Part shown: positions 28,719 through 39,699 of the stretch, piece after piece | How positions within the stretch are numbered: position 1 is the stretch's first letter | Layout of the letters: each line of letters starts with the position of its first letter | Source: Planctomycetota bacterium | Lineage (GTDB): Bacteria > Planctomycetota > UBA1135 > UBA2386 | Length of the DNA stretch: 64,000 nt | Assembly (NCBI GenBank): GCA_046290465.1 | Contig: JBKAGP010000001.1 | Span: 704,001-768,000 of the forward strand | Direction: 5' to 3' | Translations under genes and position numbers: made by a program | The notes under the pieces: model-generated | Told to the model about the DNA's origin: nothing | The model's database searches: none | Seen by the model: the letters and a program-made list of their open reading frames with translations, nothing else

Positions 28719-29621
28719 ATGACGCTGCTCGTAGTTGGATCCACTGCGTTCGACACCATCGAGACCCCGCACGGCAACGCCGAGCGCTGTCTGGGTGGTT
28801 CGTCGACGTACTTCGGACTCGCCGCCCGCCTGTTCACGCCCGTTCGCCTGGTCAGCGTGATCGGCGAGGACTTCCCCGACGAGCACCGCAAGCTGCTGGC
28901 GGATCGCGGCATCTGCCTCGACGGCCTCGAGGTCAAGGAAGGCAAGACGTTCGCCTGGCACGGCCGCTACTCGGCCGACATGAACGACCGCGAGACCATC
29001 GACGTGCAGCTCAACACGTTCGGGGACTTCGAGCCGAAGGTGCCCGAGCACTACCGCGATACCCCGTTCGTGTTCCTCGCCAACGGCGCGCCGGCGACCC
29101 AGCTGTCGGTCGTCGAACAGATGAAGGACCCGAAGTTCGTCGTGGCCGACACGATGGACCTGTGGATCGACATCGCCAAGGACGGCCTGCTGACGCTGCT
29201 GAAGCGCATCGACGGCATCATCCTGAACGACAGCGAGGTCAAGCAGCTGACCGGCAAGAGCAACCTGATCGCCGCCGGCAAGGCGACGCTCGAGCTCGGC
29301 CCGAAGCTGGTGATCGTCAAGAAGGGCGAGCACGGCTGCTTCGTGTTCTCGAACTTCTTCCACTACGCGCTGCCGGCCTACCCGACCGAGACGGTGGTGG
29401 ACCCGACCGGCGCCGGCGACAGCTTCGCCGGTGGCTTCATGGGCTTCCTCGCGAACTGCGACCAGATCTCGCTGGCCAACATGCAGCGCGCGGTCGCCTA
29501 CGGCACGGTCACCGCTAGCCTCAACGTCGAGGGCTTCGGCGTCGACCGCCTCGCCGACACCAGCCGCGAAACGGTCGAGCGCCGCTTCCGCGAGCTGATG
29601 CAGTTCGTCAGCGGCGTCTGA
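28719..29621 (+). CDS. PfkB-family carbohydrate/nucleoside kinase
   Basis: GGSSTY, VKKGEHG, DPTGAGDSFAGG PfkB signature. Confidence 0.92.
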   Translation: MTLLVVGSTAFDTIETPHGNAERCLGGSSTYFGLAARLFTPVRLVSVIGEDFPDEHRKLLADRGICLDGLEVKEGKTFAWHGRYSADMNDRETIDVQLNTFGDFEPKVPEHYRDTPFVFLANGAPATQLSVVEQMKDPKFVVADTMDLWIDIAKDGLLTLLKRIDGIILNDSEVKQLTGKSNLIAAGKATLELGPKLVIVKKGEHGCFVFSNFFHYALPAYPTETVVDPTGAGDSFAGGFMGFLANCDQISLANMQRAVAYGTVTASLNVEGFGVDRLADTSRETVERRFRELMQFVSGV

Positions 29622-29624
29622 TCG

Positions 29625-29664
29625 CCGCGGGTCGTCTGACCGCTGGTCGTCTGACCGCGGGTCG
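29625..29664. repeat. About 2.7 tandem copies of a 15-bp unit CCGCGGGTCGTCTGA
   Basis: Read directly; the unit ends in CGTCTGA like the pfkB gene end. Confidence 0.75.
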
Positions 29665-29741
29665 GCGGCCGGCCGGAGCCTTCGAGGCAAGGGCTCTACG
29701 GCTGCTCATTGGCCGGCTTTCGCCCAGCTCGGGGCCAGCCG

Positions 29742-31298
29742 CTACTGCAGCTGGACCAGCACCGGCGCGCTCAGCTCGAAGCCGCCGGGCTGCAGGCCGA
29801 CGCCCTGCACCATCAGCGTGAAGCCGGCGAAGCCGCCCGGGTTGGGGTTGGGCACCGTCACCGACGTGTAGCCGAACGCGTCGGTCAGGCCGAGGCCGAG
29901 CGACACCGGCGTCGTGGTCAGGAACAGGTCGGGCCAGCTGTTGGCGTCCCAGCCCAGCGGCACCAGGCCGATGTCGAACGACGGCGCGAACGTCGCCGGC
30001 GACTGCGGGCCGACGTCGACCAGCGCGAACACCGCCTGGTTGGGCAGGCCGTGGAAGTCGACGGTGAAGTCCGGCTGCGTGACCGCGTCGGGCAGGCGGC
30101 CGAAGCCCGCGACGTCGGCGGTCAGCGGCTGCTGCGGCAGGTCGATCAGCGTCATCGCCAGCAGCGTCGGCTGGAAGTTCGCGACGTCGAGCTGCACGCC
30201 GAGCCAGCTGCCGTCGGCCGGCACACCGGGGGTCAGGCTGCCGCACAGCACGCCGGTGCCGGGGCCGCCGAACGCGTTGATCTCGAGCACGTCGCCGTTG
30301 TTGGCCGTGGTGAAGATCGTGCCGCCGTACGAGCCGGCGTTGCTGCAGAACGCGAGGTTCGGCTCCGGCGGGTAGGCGCCGGTGGCGTCGGGGAACATCG
30401 GCACGAACGTGCCGCCGTTCGGGTCGAGGCCGAGGCCGCCGGTCTTGCCGTAGATGCCCGCGGTCAGGATCGGCTGGCCGGTGCGGTCGTAGGCGAACGC
30501 GTTGTCGACGACCTGGCGAACGGTCAGGTTGCCGCCGGGCGCGCCACCGACCTCGTTGAGCAGGCAGCGCGCCGAATCGGGCGCCAGGCTCAGCACGTCG
30601 CCGTTGGCGTCGTAGGTGATGTTGGCCGCGTCGATCTTGCAGATCGCGCCGTCGTAGACGAACACCTGGCCGGACTGGTTGCCGTTGACCCAGTGGCCGC
30701 CGTCGCCCGGCACGTAGTAGAGGTCGCCGTTCGCAGCCTGCACCAGCGCCGTCGCCGACGGCACGTCGTTGTTGACCTGCGCGCCGGCGGCGATCGCCAG
30801 CTGGGCCTGGGTCAGGAAGAACGTGACGTTGCCGTTGGGCTCGAAGCGCACCCAGTCGCCCTCGGCGAGCACGACCGGCTGGCCGTTGTTGTCGAGCGCC
30901 TCCATCGGCGTGGTGGCGGCGTCGAGTCGCGGCGTCCAGTAGACGTCGCGCCAGCTCGGCGCGGTGGTGCCGTACTTCACGAACACGCCGTCGATGCCGA
31001 CGTTGGTGAAGTAGGACGGCTTCCAGCCGTCGAACTTGAGGTAGTCGCCGTTCTGGTCGCCGTCGCCGAGGTAGGCGTGCATCGAGTTGGCGCCCAGCAT
31101 CGTGCGGCCGACCGTCTGTCCGGGCAGCGGCACCGCGTAGCTGAAGTCGAACTCGCTCATCTGCACGATCGAACCGCCGTTGTTGGCGGCGTCGACGCTG
31201 ACGAACGGAAAGCGGCCGGTGAACAGGATGGCCTGTTGGGCCGAGGCGAGGGAGGCCGTCGTGGCGAGACAGACGGCGAGCAGCAGAGGCTTCTTCAT
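29742..31298 (-). CDS. Secreted beta-rich protein with C-terminal beta domain
   Basis: Signal peptide MKKPLLL...ASA-Q; GGAGA SD; Gly/Asn/Asp-rich; C-terminal domain resembles that of 31381-33057. Confidence 0.8.
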   Translation of the reverse strand: MKKPLLLAVCLATTASLASAQQAILFTGRFPFVSVDAANNGGSIVQMSEFDFSYAVPLPGQTVGRTMLGANSMHAYLGDGDQNGDYLKFDGWKPSYFTNVGIDGVFVKYGTTAPSWRDVYWTPRLDAATTPMEALDNNGQPVVLAEGDWVRFEPNGNVTFFLTQAQLAIAAGAQVNNDVPSATALVQAANGDLYYVPGDGGHWVNGNQSGQVFVYDGAICKIDAANITYDANGDVLSLAPDSARCLLNEVGGAPGGNLTVRQVVDNAFAYDRTGQPILTAGIYGKTGGLGLDPNGGTFVPMFPDATGAYPPEPNLAFCSNAGSYGGTIFTTANNGDVLEINAFGGPGTGVLCGSLTPGVPADGSWLGVQLDVANFQPTLLAMTLIDLPQQPLTADVAGFGRLPDAVTQPDFTVDFHGLPNQAVFALVDVGPQSPATFAPSFDIGLVPLGWDANSWPDLFLTTTPVSLGLGLTDAFGYTSVTVPNPNPGGFAGFTLMVQGVGLQPGGFELSAPVLVQLQ

Positions 31299-31380
31299 CG
31301 GTGTGGGGGGGGTCTCCTTGAGACGACGACCTTACCAGCCCGCCTGCCGTTGCGAGCCTGCGCTCGCTATCGTGATCAAC

Positions 31381-33057
31381 ATGGTACGCGTTCTCGCCAC
31401 CCTGCTGCTCGCGCCGGTGCTCGCCGCCCAGGCGCCCTCCTCGGACGTCGCCGTCGGCGTCTTCCCGTTCCTGGTCGGCGACATGACGCCACGGATTGCC
31501 GAAATCGTGACCAACTGCCAGACCCACGGCGTCGACACGGTCTACGTCAGCGTGTTCCGCGCGACCGGGCCGACCGACGGCGACCTCTGGATCACCGACA
31601 GCGCCGGCGACTGGAATCCGCTGTGGGGGGACGTTCGCAGCACCGGTGCGGGCATCGACCTGCCGCTGCTGATCGCGAACTGCCACGCCGCCAACATCCG
31701 CGTCGTCGGGGTGCTCAAGTGCTTCGCCGACACCGTGCAGCCGAGCAACGCGGCGCACCGGCAGTACCTGCTCGACGTGGTCGACTACCTGGTCGACGCG
31801 TGGCAGCCCAACGGCCAGCCGGTCTACGACCTCGACGGCCTCGCGCTCGACTACGTGCGCTACGTCGGCAGCAGCGGGGCGGTGGCGCAGGACGTCACCG
31901 GCTTCGTCGCCGACGTGCGCGAGCGCGTCGGCAGCCTGTCGCTGCACGCCTACCTGATCGCCAACCGGTCGGCGTTCGACGGCCCGGTCTACAACACCAA
32001 CTTCAACAGCTACGCGACGGTGCGCAGCACGCTGTCGTCGCAGTACGGGCAGGACTGGGAGGCGCTGGCGCCGCTGCTCGACGTGATCATGCCGATGGCC
32101 TACACCGCCGACGGCTCGATCTACAGCAGCTATGCCAGCCACCAGGCCTACGTGCGCAAGACCGCCGAGTACGCGCGGCTGGCCTGCACGCTGGCCGGGG
32201 TGCCGGCTCGCCGGGTCTGTCCCGTGGTCAAGACCTACAGCAGCAGCGGCGAGACCACCACGCCGTCGACGATCGACGCGTCGATCACCGGCGCGCTGCT
32301 CGGCGGCGGCGACGGCTACCAGTCGTTCCGCTACGACCTGCAGGTGCAGAACCCTTCGTGGTGGCCGCCGATGGCCGCGCACGCGGTGCCCGGCTGCAAC
32401 TGGCCGCGGCCGGTGCTGACGGCGACGTCGCCGAAGCTGACGGTCACCGCCGATGCGACGCTGTCGAGCGACGTCGACCAGAGCAGCGCATCGCTGCTGG
32501 CGCGCTATGACTACGACGGCGACGGGGTGTTCGACACGCCTTGGGCCAACCTGTCCCAGGGCCAGCAGCTGGTCGGCTTCCCGAGCACGCGGGTCGCCTT
32601 CGCCCAGGTCCAGGACGCCGACGGCCACGTCGCGACGACGCGGCGCCGCTACACGGCCGGCTCGCCGATCACGGTGTTCCCGTTCGCGATCAACACCGCG
32701 GCGGGCGGCGTGACGACGGTGTTCCTCGACGCCGGTCCGGCGGCGTCCGGCCACACCTATCTGGTGCTGGCGTCGCTGTCCGGGACCGCGCCGGGCTTCA
32801 CCTGGGGGGCCTCGCTGCCGGTGCCGCTCAACATCGACGCGGTCACGACCTGGTTCGCGGCCAACCCGAACGGCAGCCTGATGAGCGGCGGCCTCGGCAC
32901 CTTCGACGCGCAGGGCCGGGCCACCGCCTCGCTGCAGTGGCCGCCGCAGGTGCTGTCGTTCCTGGCCGGCCTGTCGATGCGCTGGAGCTTCGTGGCGCAG
33001 GACCAGATCGGCCAGCCGAGCTGCGTCGCCGACAGCGTGCCGCTGACGCTGTTTTGA
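31381..33057 (+). CDS. Secreted glycoside-hydrolase-like TIM barrel (GHL10/DUF187-like) + PKD-like + C-terminal domain
   Basis: Signal peptide; GVDTVYVSV, LDGLALDYVRY, GQDW, LDVIMPMAY; 'DATLSSDVD...YDYDGDG.FD' PKD-like segment. Confidence 0.7.
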   Translation: MVRVLATLLLAPVLAAQAPSSDVAVGVFPFLVGDMTPRIAEIVTNCQTHGVDTVYVSVFRATGPTDGDLWITDSAGDWNPLWGDVRSTGAGIDLPLLIANCHAANIRVVGVLKCFADTVQPSNAAHRQYLLDVVDYLVDAWQPNGQPVYDLDGLALDYVRYVGSSGAVAQDVTGFVADVRERVGSLSLHAYLIANRSAFDGPVYNTNFNSYATVRSTLSSQYGQDWEALAPLLDVIMPMAYTADGSIYSSYASHQAYVRKTAEYARLACTLAGVPARRVCPVVKTYSSSGETTTPSTIDASITGALLGGGDGYQSFRYDLQVQNPSWWPPMAAHAVPGCNWPRPVLTATSPKLTVTADATLSSDVDQSSASLLARYDYDGDGVFDTPWANLSQGQQLVGFPSTRVAFAQVQDADGHVATTRRRYTAGSPITVFPFAINTAAGGVTTVFLDAGPAASGHTYLVLASLSGTAPGFTWGASLPVPLNIDAVTTWFAANPNGSLMSGGLGTFDAQGRATASLQWPPQVLSFLAGLSMRWSFVAQDQIGQPSCVADSVPLTLF

Positions 33058-33114
33058 GCCCGGGGCCAGCCGTTCGTGCAACGAGTCGGGCGGAGGGCTA
33101 TCGTGTTCGCCCGA

Positions 33115-34653
<1,539 letters not shown>

Positions 34654-34669
34654 GTCCGCGGCCAACGCA

Positions 34670-34743
34670 ACCGCATGTGCAGCCAGGCGCATGCGGTGAC
34701 AAATCCGATACCACTGGATTTGTGGAGAGCTCCGAATTTCGGA
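34670..34743. other. Three consecutive inverted repeats at the left edge of the islet (possible terminator/operator)
   Basis: ACCGCATG/CATGCGGT (34670-34697), ACAAATCC/GGATTTGT (34699-34723), TCCGAAtTTCGGA (34731-34743). Confidence 0.55.
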
Positions 34744-35272
34744 ATGTTGGCTGGCCGGTGGGTGCGGGGGCGTGCGTATTCTCGGGGTCCAACAACCGAG
34801 GTGTCCCTTGTCCACAGTGCTCGTCTGCTGGTGCGTCGGTAGTTTCCTGCTTGCTCCTGTCCTGGGGCGCGCGATGCGCGCTCGTCCGGTGCCCAGCCGG
34901 CCCCAGGTCGCGGCCAAGCAGGCTGCCTGATCTCTCGTCCCCCTCTCTCCCCACAGGCCCCGTCCCGCAGGGCCCTCCCTGGCCCCTTCCCCCAGGGCCT
35001 CCTGACTGGCTCCGGCTCACGGCCTTTTCGTGCCGCGGGCGGGAGTCGTGCACGTTCTCGGCCTCCCGTAGCCGTTGCGGGCCGGTTCGGGGTCCGTCAC
35101 CACCCTGTCGAGGGACCCGCTGCCGGGTGAGATCCGGGCGTGACGTAGTTCCGCCCGCATTCGTCGCCGTATTTGTCCGGCCCCAAGGACCGCTCGCGTT
35201 TCGACCCGGCCAGGCGTCGAAGCCGTGCTGCGACCTTCCGCAGCGTTGCCGTGCGCCGAGCCATCGGCAGCC

Positions 35273-36478
35273 ATGCGATCTACAGAGCAACCGAGGCGGA
35301 CGCAGCGACGACGCGCCACGTTGGCGGGCGGCAGCCCGAGGCCGGAGCGGTTCGTCCAGGGCAGTGGAGCGCCGACGGAGGGGCTCCGGCCGGTCGTTCC
35401 ATTCCTCGTCCTCGCGTCGTTGCTCGTAGCGGTCGCCGCGTGGATTGCCGGGAACGGCAGCGCGATCCAGCAGGCCGCATCGGGGTCGGTCGGGAGCGTC
35501 GGGGGCCTCGACTACGATGTGCAGGGACCTGCCCTCGTGCTGCTGTGCGTGCCGGTCGTTCTGCTCGGTGTCGGGGAGTGGCTGCGCAGACGTCCGCTCG
35601 GCGGGCGGTCTCCGCGCCGACGCCTGCTGGCAGCCGCGCGGGTCTCGCTGCACGCGGTACCATTCCTCTCCCGCACGTTCTTCCTCGGCTTCCTTGCGTG
35701 GGTCGTGCTGACCGACGTGTTCGGACTCTGGCACGTCACGCCGGGCCGCCTGTGCCAGCTCGTCGTCGACGAAGCGAGCTCGGGACGACTCCTCCAGGCC
35801 CTCACCACAACGGTGTTGCGGAACCTGATTGCGCTCGCGGTCGGGGCATGCCTCGCGATCGTCGTCGCGATCCTCGTGCAGGAGTCGCGCCGATTCGGGT
35901 CGGGCCTGGTTCCGGTCCTGCGCCTCGGAGCACTGATCCCGCCGTTGTTCCTGTTCACGTTCGCGCCGTGGCTCGGCAAGGCCATCGACACGGCGGCCGT
36001 TCGCGAGTGGTTCGCAGGCCACGGGGTCACGCCATACTCGTCGATCTATCGCGTGTTCGGCTACTTCGATCGAACCCTGGTGTTGGCCTCGATCGCGTTC
36101 TGGCCGCTGGTGATCTCTGCGGTGTCCGGTCTGAACCGAGTCCGCGACACGCTCACGACCAAACTCGACAGCCTTCGCCTGTCCCGGTGGCGCGCGCTCT
36201 GCAAGGTCCAGCTGCCCTTGGTGATCCGCTACATGTCCCCGGCCTTCTACATCGCCATCGTGTTGGTGTTCGTCGTCTGCGTCGAGGCGGAGAGTTCGCC
36301 CGCCGTGGACCGCGCCGTCGACGGGATCGCGCACTACTACCTGCGCACCGCCTGCGACACCGGCGCCACCGACATCTGGGTGCTCGGGCTGACCACCATC
36401 ATCTGCGTCGGCACGTGCTTCCTGTTCGTGTTCGACCTCGTGACCGCCTTCTTCTCCGGCTTGTCCCCGCACTCATAG
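35273..36478 (+). CDS. ABC transporter permease (SsuC/TauC-like) with N-terminal extension; start uncertain
   Basis: Multiple TMs; 'FWPLVISAVSGLNRV...DSLRLSRWRALCKVQLP' resembles the EAA loop region of SsuC/TauC. Confidence 0.7.
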   Translation: MRSTEQPRRTQRRRATLAGGSPRPERFVQGSGAPTEGLRPVVPFLVLASLLVAVAAWIAGNGSAIQQAASGSVGSVGGLDYDVQGPALVLLCVPVVLLGVGEWLRRRPLGGRSPRRRLLAAARVSLHAVPFLSRTFFLGFLAWVVLTDVFGLWHVTPGRLCQLVVDEASSGRLLQALTTTVLRNLIALAVGACLAIVVAILVQESRRFGSGLVPVLRLGALIPPLFLFTFAPWLGKAIDTAAVREWFAGHGVTPYSSIYRVFGYFDRTLVLASIAFWPLVISAVSGLNRVRDTLTTKLDSLRLSRWRALCKVQLPLVIRYMSPAFYIAIVLVFVVCVEAESSPAVDRAVDGIAHYYLRTACDTGATDIWVLGLTTIICVGTCFLFVFDLVTAFFSGLSPHS

Positions 36479-36482
36479 ACGC

Positions 36483-37709
36483 ATGACGAGAACACCCAAA
36501 CCCGTCCCTTTCTGGGCCCTCACCGTGGTCGCCGTCCTGGCAGTCTGCCTGTTCGTCCAGTGCGGACGAACCGAGGTCCGTGCCGCGGAGCAGTCGCTGG
36601 AGGAACGCGCCACTTCCGTTCGGTGGGATCCGCAGGTCGAGTCGCAGAACCCGGCCGAAGACGCATTGCCGGAGTTGCGCGTTGCCTACCTGCCTGCGAC
36701 GCACGATGCGCTGCTGTTCATCGCGCTGCACCAGAAGTTCTTCGCCAGCCAGGGGGTGCTGGTGGACCCTCGGAAGTACGCCAACAGCCCGAAGGCGCTA
36801 CAGGCGCTCGAAGCCGGCGAAGTCGACATCGCGATCCCGGGCATCGCCGCTCCGATCTACAAGGTCGCAACCGGGTCCAACCTGACAGCCATCGGAGGCG
36901 CGGCGTGGTACTCCGCGGCGATCGTCTCGCCGGTCGAGATCGCTGTGAAGGTGCCAGCCGAAGGAACGACGCGGGACCTGTTGCTGCCGTTCGCCAATCG
37001 CACGATCGGCACGATCACCCAATCGACCGGTGACGCGGTGCTACGTGCGAAGGTCCGTGAGGTGGGCTTGGCGAAGGACATCGTGCTGCAGGTCTACGAT
37101 TCGCCGACCCAGCTGACCCAGGCTCTGCTTACGGGGGAGGTCGATGCCGCGTTGCTCTGGTCGCCGCACATGACGCTGGTCGAAGACCGAAGCAGTGGCA
37201 TGGAGATCGCACTTTGGATGAGCAAGCTGACCCGGCACCCGTGCTGCCGTCAGATATGCCTGCCGGAGGTCGTCGGCGCGAAGCGCGATCTGCTGGTCCG
37301 CTACATGTCGGCCCTGATCCTCGCCAAGCGCTTCCTGCTCGATCGGGACAACGCCGAGCAGTGCTTGCAGGCCGTGCGCCAGTTCATCCCTGGAACCAAC
37401 GAGAGCGTGCTGCGCAAGGAACTGCTGCAATACGACACCCGTGCCGGTCACGCCCGGACCGAGGTGTCCCCGAATGGATCGAGCTACGACGTCTCCCGAT
37501 ACGGCGACATGATGTCGGAAGCAGGACTGATCAACGGCAAGTCGGTGCCGCGCGTGCGTCGCATGGTCGACGACAGCATCCTGCGCGACGCCTACCGCCT
37601 CGTCTATCCCAAGTTGTCGCCCGAGCAGGCATCGGAGTGCGCGAATGCGGGCTTGAACCCGCCGAAGTATCTCGAGGGCATGCAGCCGGTCGTCCGAGGG
37701 GGAAAGTGA
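36483..37709 (+). CDS. ABC substrate-binding protein, SsuA/TauA/NrtA type
   Basis: LRVAYLP, LFIALHQKFF, ALEAGEVDIA, ALLTGEVDAALLWSP, HPCC. Confidence 0.82.
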   Translation: MTRTPKPVPFWALTVVAVLAVCLFVQCGRTEVRAAEQSLEERATSVRWDPQVESQNPAEDALPELRVAYLPATHDALLFIALHQKFFASQGVLVDPRKYANSPKALQALEAGEVDIAIPGIAAPIYKVATGSNLTAIGGAAWYSAAIVSPVEIAVKVPAEGTTRDLLLPFANRTIGTITQSTGDAVLRAKVREVGLAKDIVLQVYDSPTQLTQALLTGEVDAALLWSPHMTLVEDRSSGMEIALWMSKLTRHPCCRQICLPEVVGAKRDLLVRYMSALILAKRFLLDRDNAEQCLQAVRQFIPGTNESVLRKELLQYDTRAGHARTEVSPNGSSYDVSRYGDMMSEAGLINGKSVPRVRRMVDDSILRDAYRLVYPKLSPEQASECANAGLNPPKYLEGMQPVVRGGK

Positions 37710-38374
37710 ACGCCGGCCTGCACGTCGCCGAAGGAGTCCTCCGGTACCACGCGGGTGCAAGGCATGGGGTCTCGCCGTTCGAGGTCGAGATTCCACCGTT
37801 CGAGGTGGGGGTGGGGGAGGTCTGCACACTCGTCGGCGGCAATGGGTCTGGCAAGTCGACGCTGCTGGCACACCTCGGTGGGATCGATGCGCGGACGCGG
37901 CGGGCGCAGGGGGTCGAAAGCACCTGGGACGGTCGGTCGAGTTCGACCGCTTGCTCGTTCCTCGCCGCATCTCCGATGTTGGTCCCGGGTCACGCGGCCG
38001 AAGACTACCTGGCGCTGGTCGTTCCGTCGGGACGGCCGGATGATCGCGAAGTCGTAGCAGCTCTCGAGCGGGTCGGCCTGCGTGAACTCCGTCGAGAGTG
38101 CACGGATGCGTTCTCTTCCGGGCAGCGCAAGCGGCTCGGGTTGGCGAGAGTCCTGCTACAGGCAGAGCCGCTGATCCTATTGGACGAGGCGCGCGCAAAC
38201 CTCGACGAACAGGGCCGAGACCTGGTCGACCAACTGATGCACGAGTGGCTCGATCAGGGGCGGACCATCGTCATGGCGACCCATCACGATTCCGACTGGC
38301 AGCGCGCAGCCTGCAAACTCACGTTCGAGCGAGTCGGACACACAGCCGGCGTGCGTGTCGAGATCGCTGCATGA
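37706..38374 (+). CDS. ABC ATPase, CcmA-like
   Basis: GTGA overlap; Walker A GGNGSGKST, FSSGQ signature, ILLDEA, ATHH. Confidence 0.85.
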   Translation: MNAGLHVAEGVLRYHAGARHGVSPFEVEIPPFEVGVGEVCTLVGGNGSGKSTLLAHLGGIDARTRRAQGVESTWDGRSSSTACSFLAASPMLVPGHAAEDYLALVVPSGRPDDREVVAALERVGLRELRRECTDAFSSGQRKRLGLARVLLQAEPLILLDEARANLDEQGRDLVDQLMHEWLDQGRTIVMATHHDSDWQRAACKLTFERVGHTAGVRVEIAA

Positions 38375-39699
38375 TGCCGGCCGTCCGCCGAACCTCCGTC
38401 CTGTTGGCAGCAACGCTGTTGACCGCCGCGTCGACGTGCCAGGACCGGATCGCCCATGCGGACTTTGCGCGCCTGCGAGACATCGGTGGAGAGGCCTTCG
38501 TTCGGGAGGCCTGCATGGACTCGTCGATGCGCGGGCTGCGCACGACCGAAGACGTGCAGATCACGCTCGCGAAGGTCGAACATCTGACGCTCTCGCACTG
38601 TTGCCACGAGTCCCTGACGCTTGCTCGGGGGTCCGTGCTCGAGCTCGCGTTCCGCAATCTGTGTGCGCATCGAAACCTGCGACTCGGTCCTCGGGTCGAA
38701 GTGCGCGGGGATCTGGTCATCGAGAACGTCAAGGCCGAGACGCTGGTGATCTCGGACGTTCGCTGTCACGGAGCCATCGAGTTGCGCAACGTCGGAGTCG
38801 GGACGTTGCTGCAGTTCGAGAACGTGGAGTGCAGCCGGCTGCTCGTCTCTGGCGTCGAGTCGCGGCGTGAGGACGCGCGGCTACTGCTCAAGCAGGTGGT
38901 GGTCGAACACGACTGCAAACTCGACGAGATCGGCCTCCCCATCCAGAAGCTGGCGCACGTTCGATGCCGCCGGCTGAGTTTGCAGGCGTTGGCGGCCCGT
39001 GGCGTCGAGGTTCGAAGTTGCAGGGTGTCGCAGGACCTGCACGTCGATCATCAATCGCAGGACGCCCAACTCTCGCTGCGTGGCTCGTCGGTGCAGGGCC
39101 GGGTGATCCTCGCCCTGGGTGCTATCGGCGACCGTGCAAGGGTCGACCTCGGCCGGTTTCGCGGCGGTTGGGGAGACACGCCCGTGGATCACGCGTTGGT
39201 CGCAGCCGTTGGGCGTGGGACCGGCTCGTTCGACCGCGGCCCCGCGCTGCGGCGGATCGGAGAGGAGCTGAAGTCGCAGGGCAGGACCGGCGAGTACCTG
39301 GTCGTGCAGGAGGCCGTCGCGTGGCACGAATTGGACCGCGCACAAGGCCTGTCCGCGAAGGTCGCAAGCGCCATCCGCTGGTTCCGCAGCGGCCAGGGGC
39401 GCGACATCCGGATTCTGCTCTCCTGGATCGGCCTGTTCCTGGTGGGACTGGTCGCCCAGTCCCTGATCCTCCTCGTCCGTGACTGGTCGAAGGACGAGAA
39501 GGGTGGCGTCGGAATTCTCTGGTGGGCATCGATTGGCGCAGTCGCCCCGGCGATCGTCGGGGTCTTCCCGGTGCGGATCGACCACTGGATCGAACGCGAG
39601 TTCCACGGGGCGCAGGTCTGGATCATCATCGTCAGCCAGCTGTTGACGTGGTTGCTGATCCTGCTGTTCGTCGGATCGGTGATCTCGGCGGCTGCGTAG
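38371..39699 (+). CDS. Beta-solenoid repeat protein with C-terminal membrane (channel-like) segments
   Basis: ATGA overlap; signal-like N-terminus; short beta repeats (DLVIENV, AIELRNV, LLQFENV); three C-terminal hydrophobic segments. Confidence 0.65.
   Translation: MMPAVRRTSVLLAATLLTAASTCQDRIAHADFARLRDIGGEAFVREACMDSSMRGLRTTEDVQITLAKVEHLTLSHCCHESLTLARGSVLELAFRNLCAHRNLRLGPRVEVRGDLVIENVKAETLVISDVRCHGAIELRNVGVGTLLQFENVECSRLLVSGVESRREDARLLLKQVVVEHDCKLDEIGLPIQKLAHVRCRRLSLQALAARGVEVRSCRVSQDLHVDHQSQDAQLSLRGSSVQGRVILALGAIGDRARVDLGRFRGGWGDTPVDHALVAAVGRGTGSFDRGPALRRIGEELKSQGRTGEYLVVQEAVAWHELDRAQGLSAKVASAIRWFRSGQGRDIRILLSWIGLFLVGLVAQSLILLVRDWSKDEKGGVGILWWASIGAVAPAIVGVFPVRIDHWIEREFHGAQVWIIIVSQLLTWLLILLFVGSVISAAA

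Noticed and set aside
34740..34780. attL-like copy of the tRNA-Val 3' end
   Set aside because: Only GGTGGG matches, which is too short to be meaningful in high-GC DNA.
34992..35110. Cobalamin-riboswitch-like fragments on the minus strand (CCCGCAACGG, AGTCAGGAGGCC)
   Set aside because: The AGGGAA, GCCACTG and GGGAAG core elements are missing. It points away from the ABC operon with no downstream ORF. An Infernal RF00174 scan would settle it.
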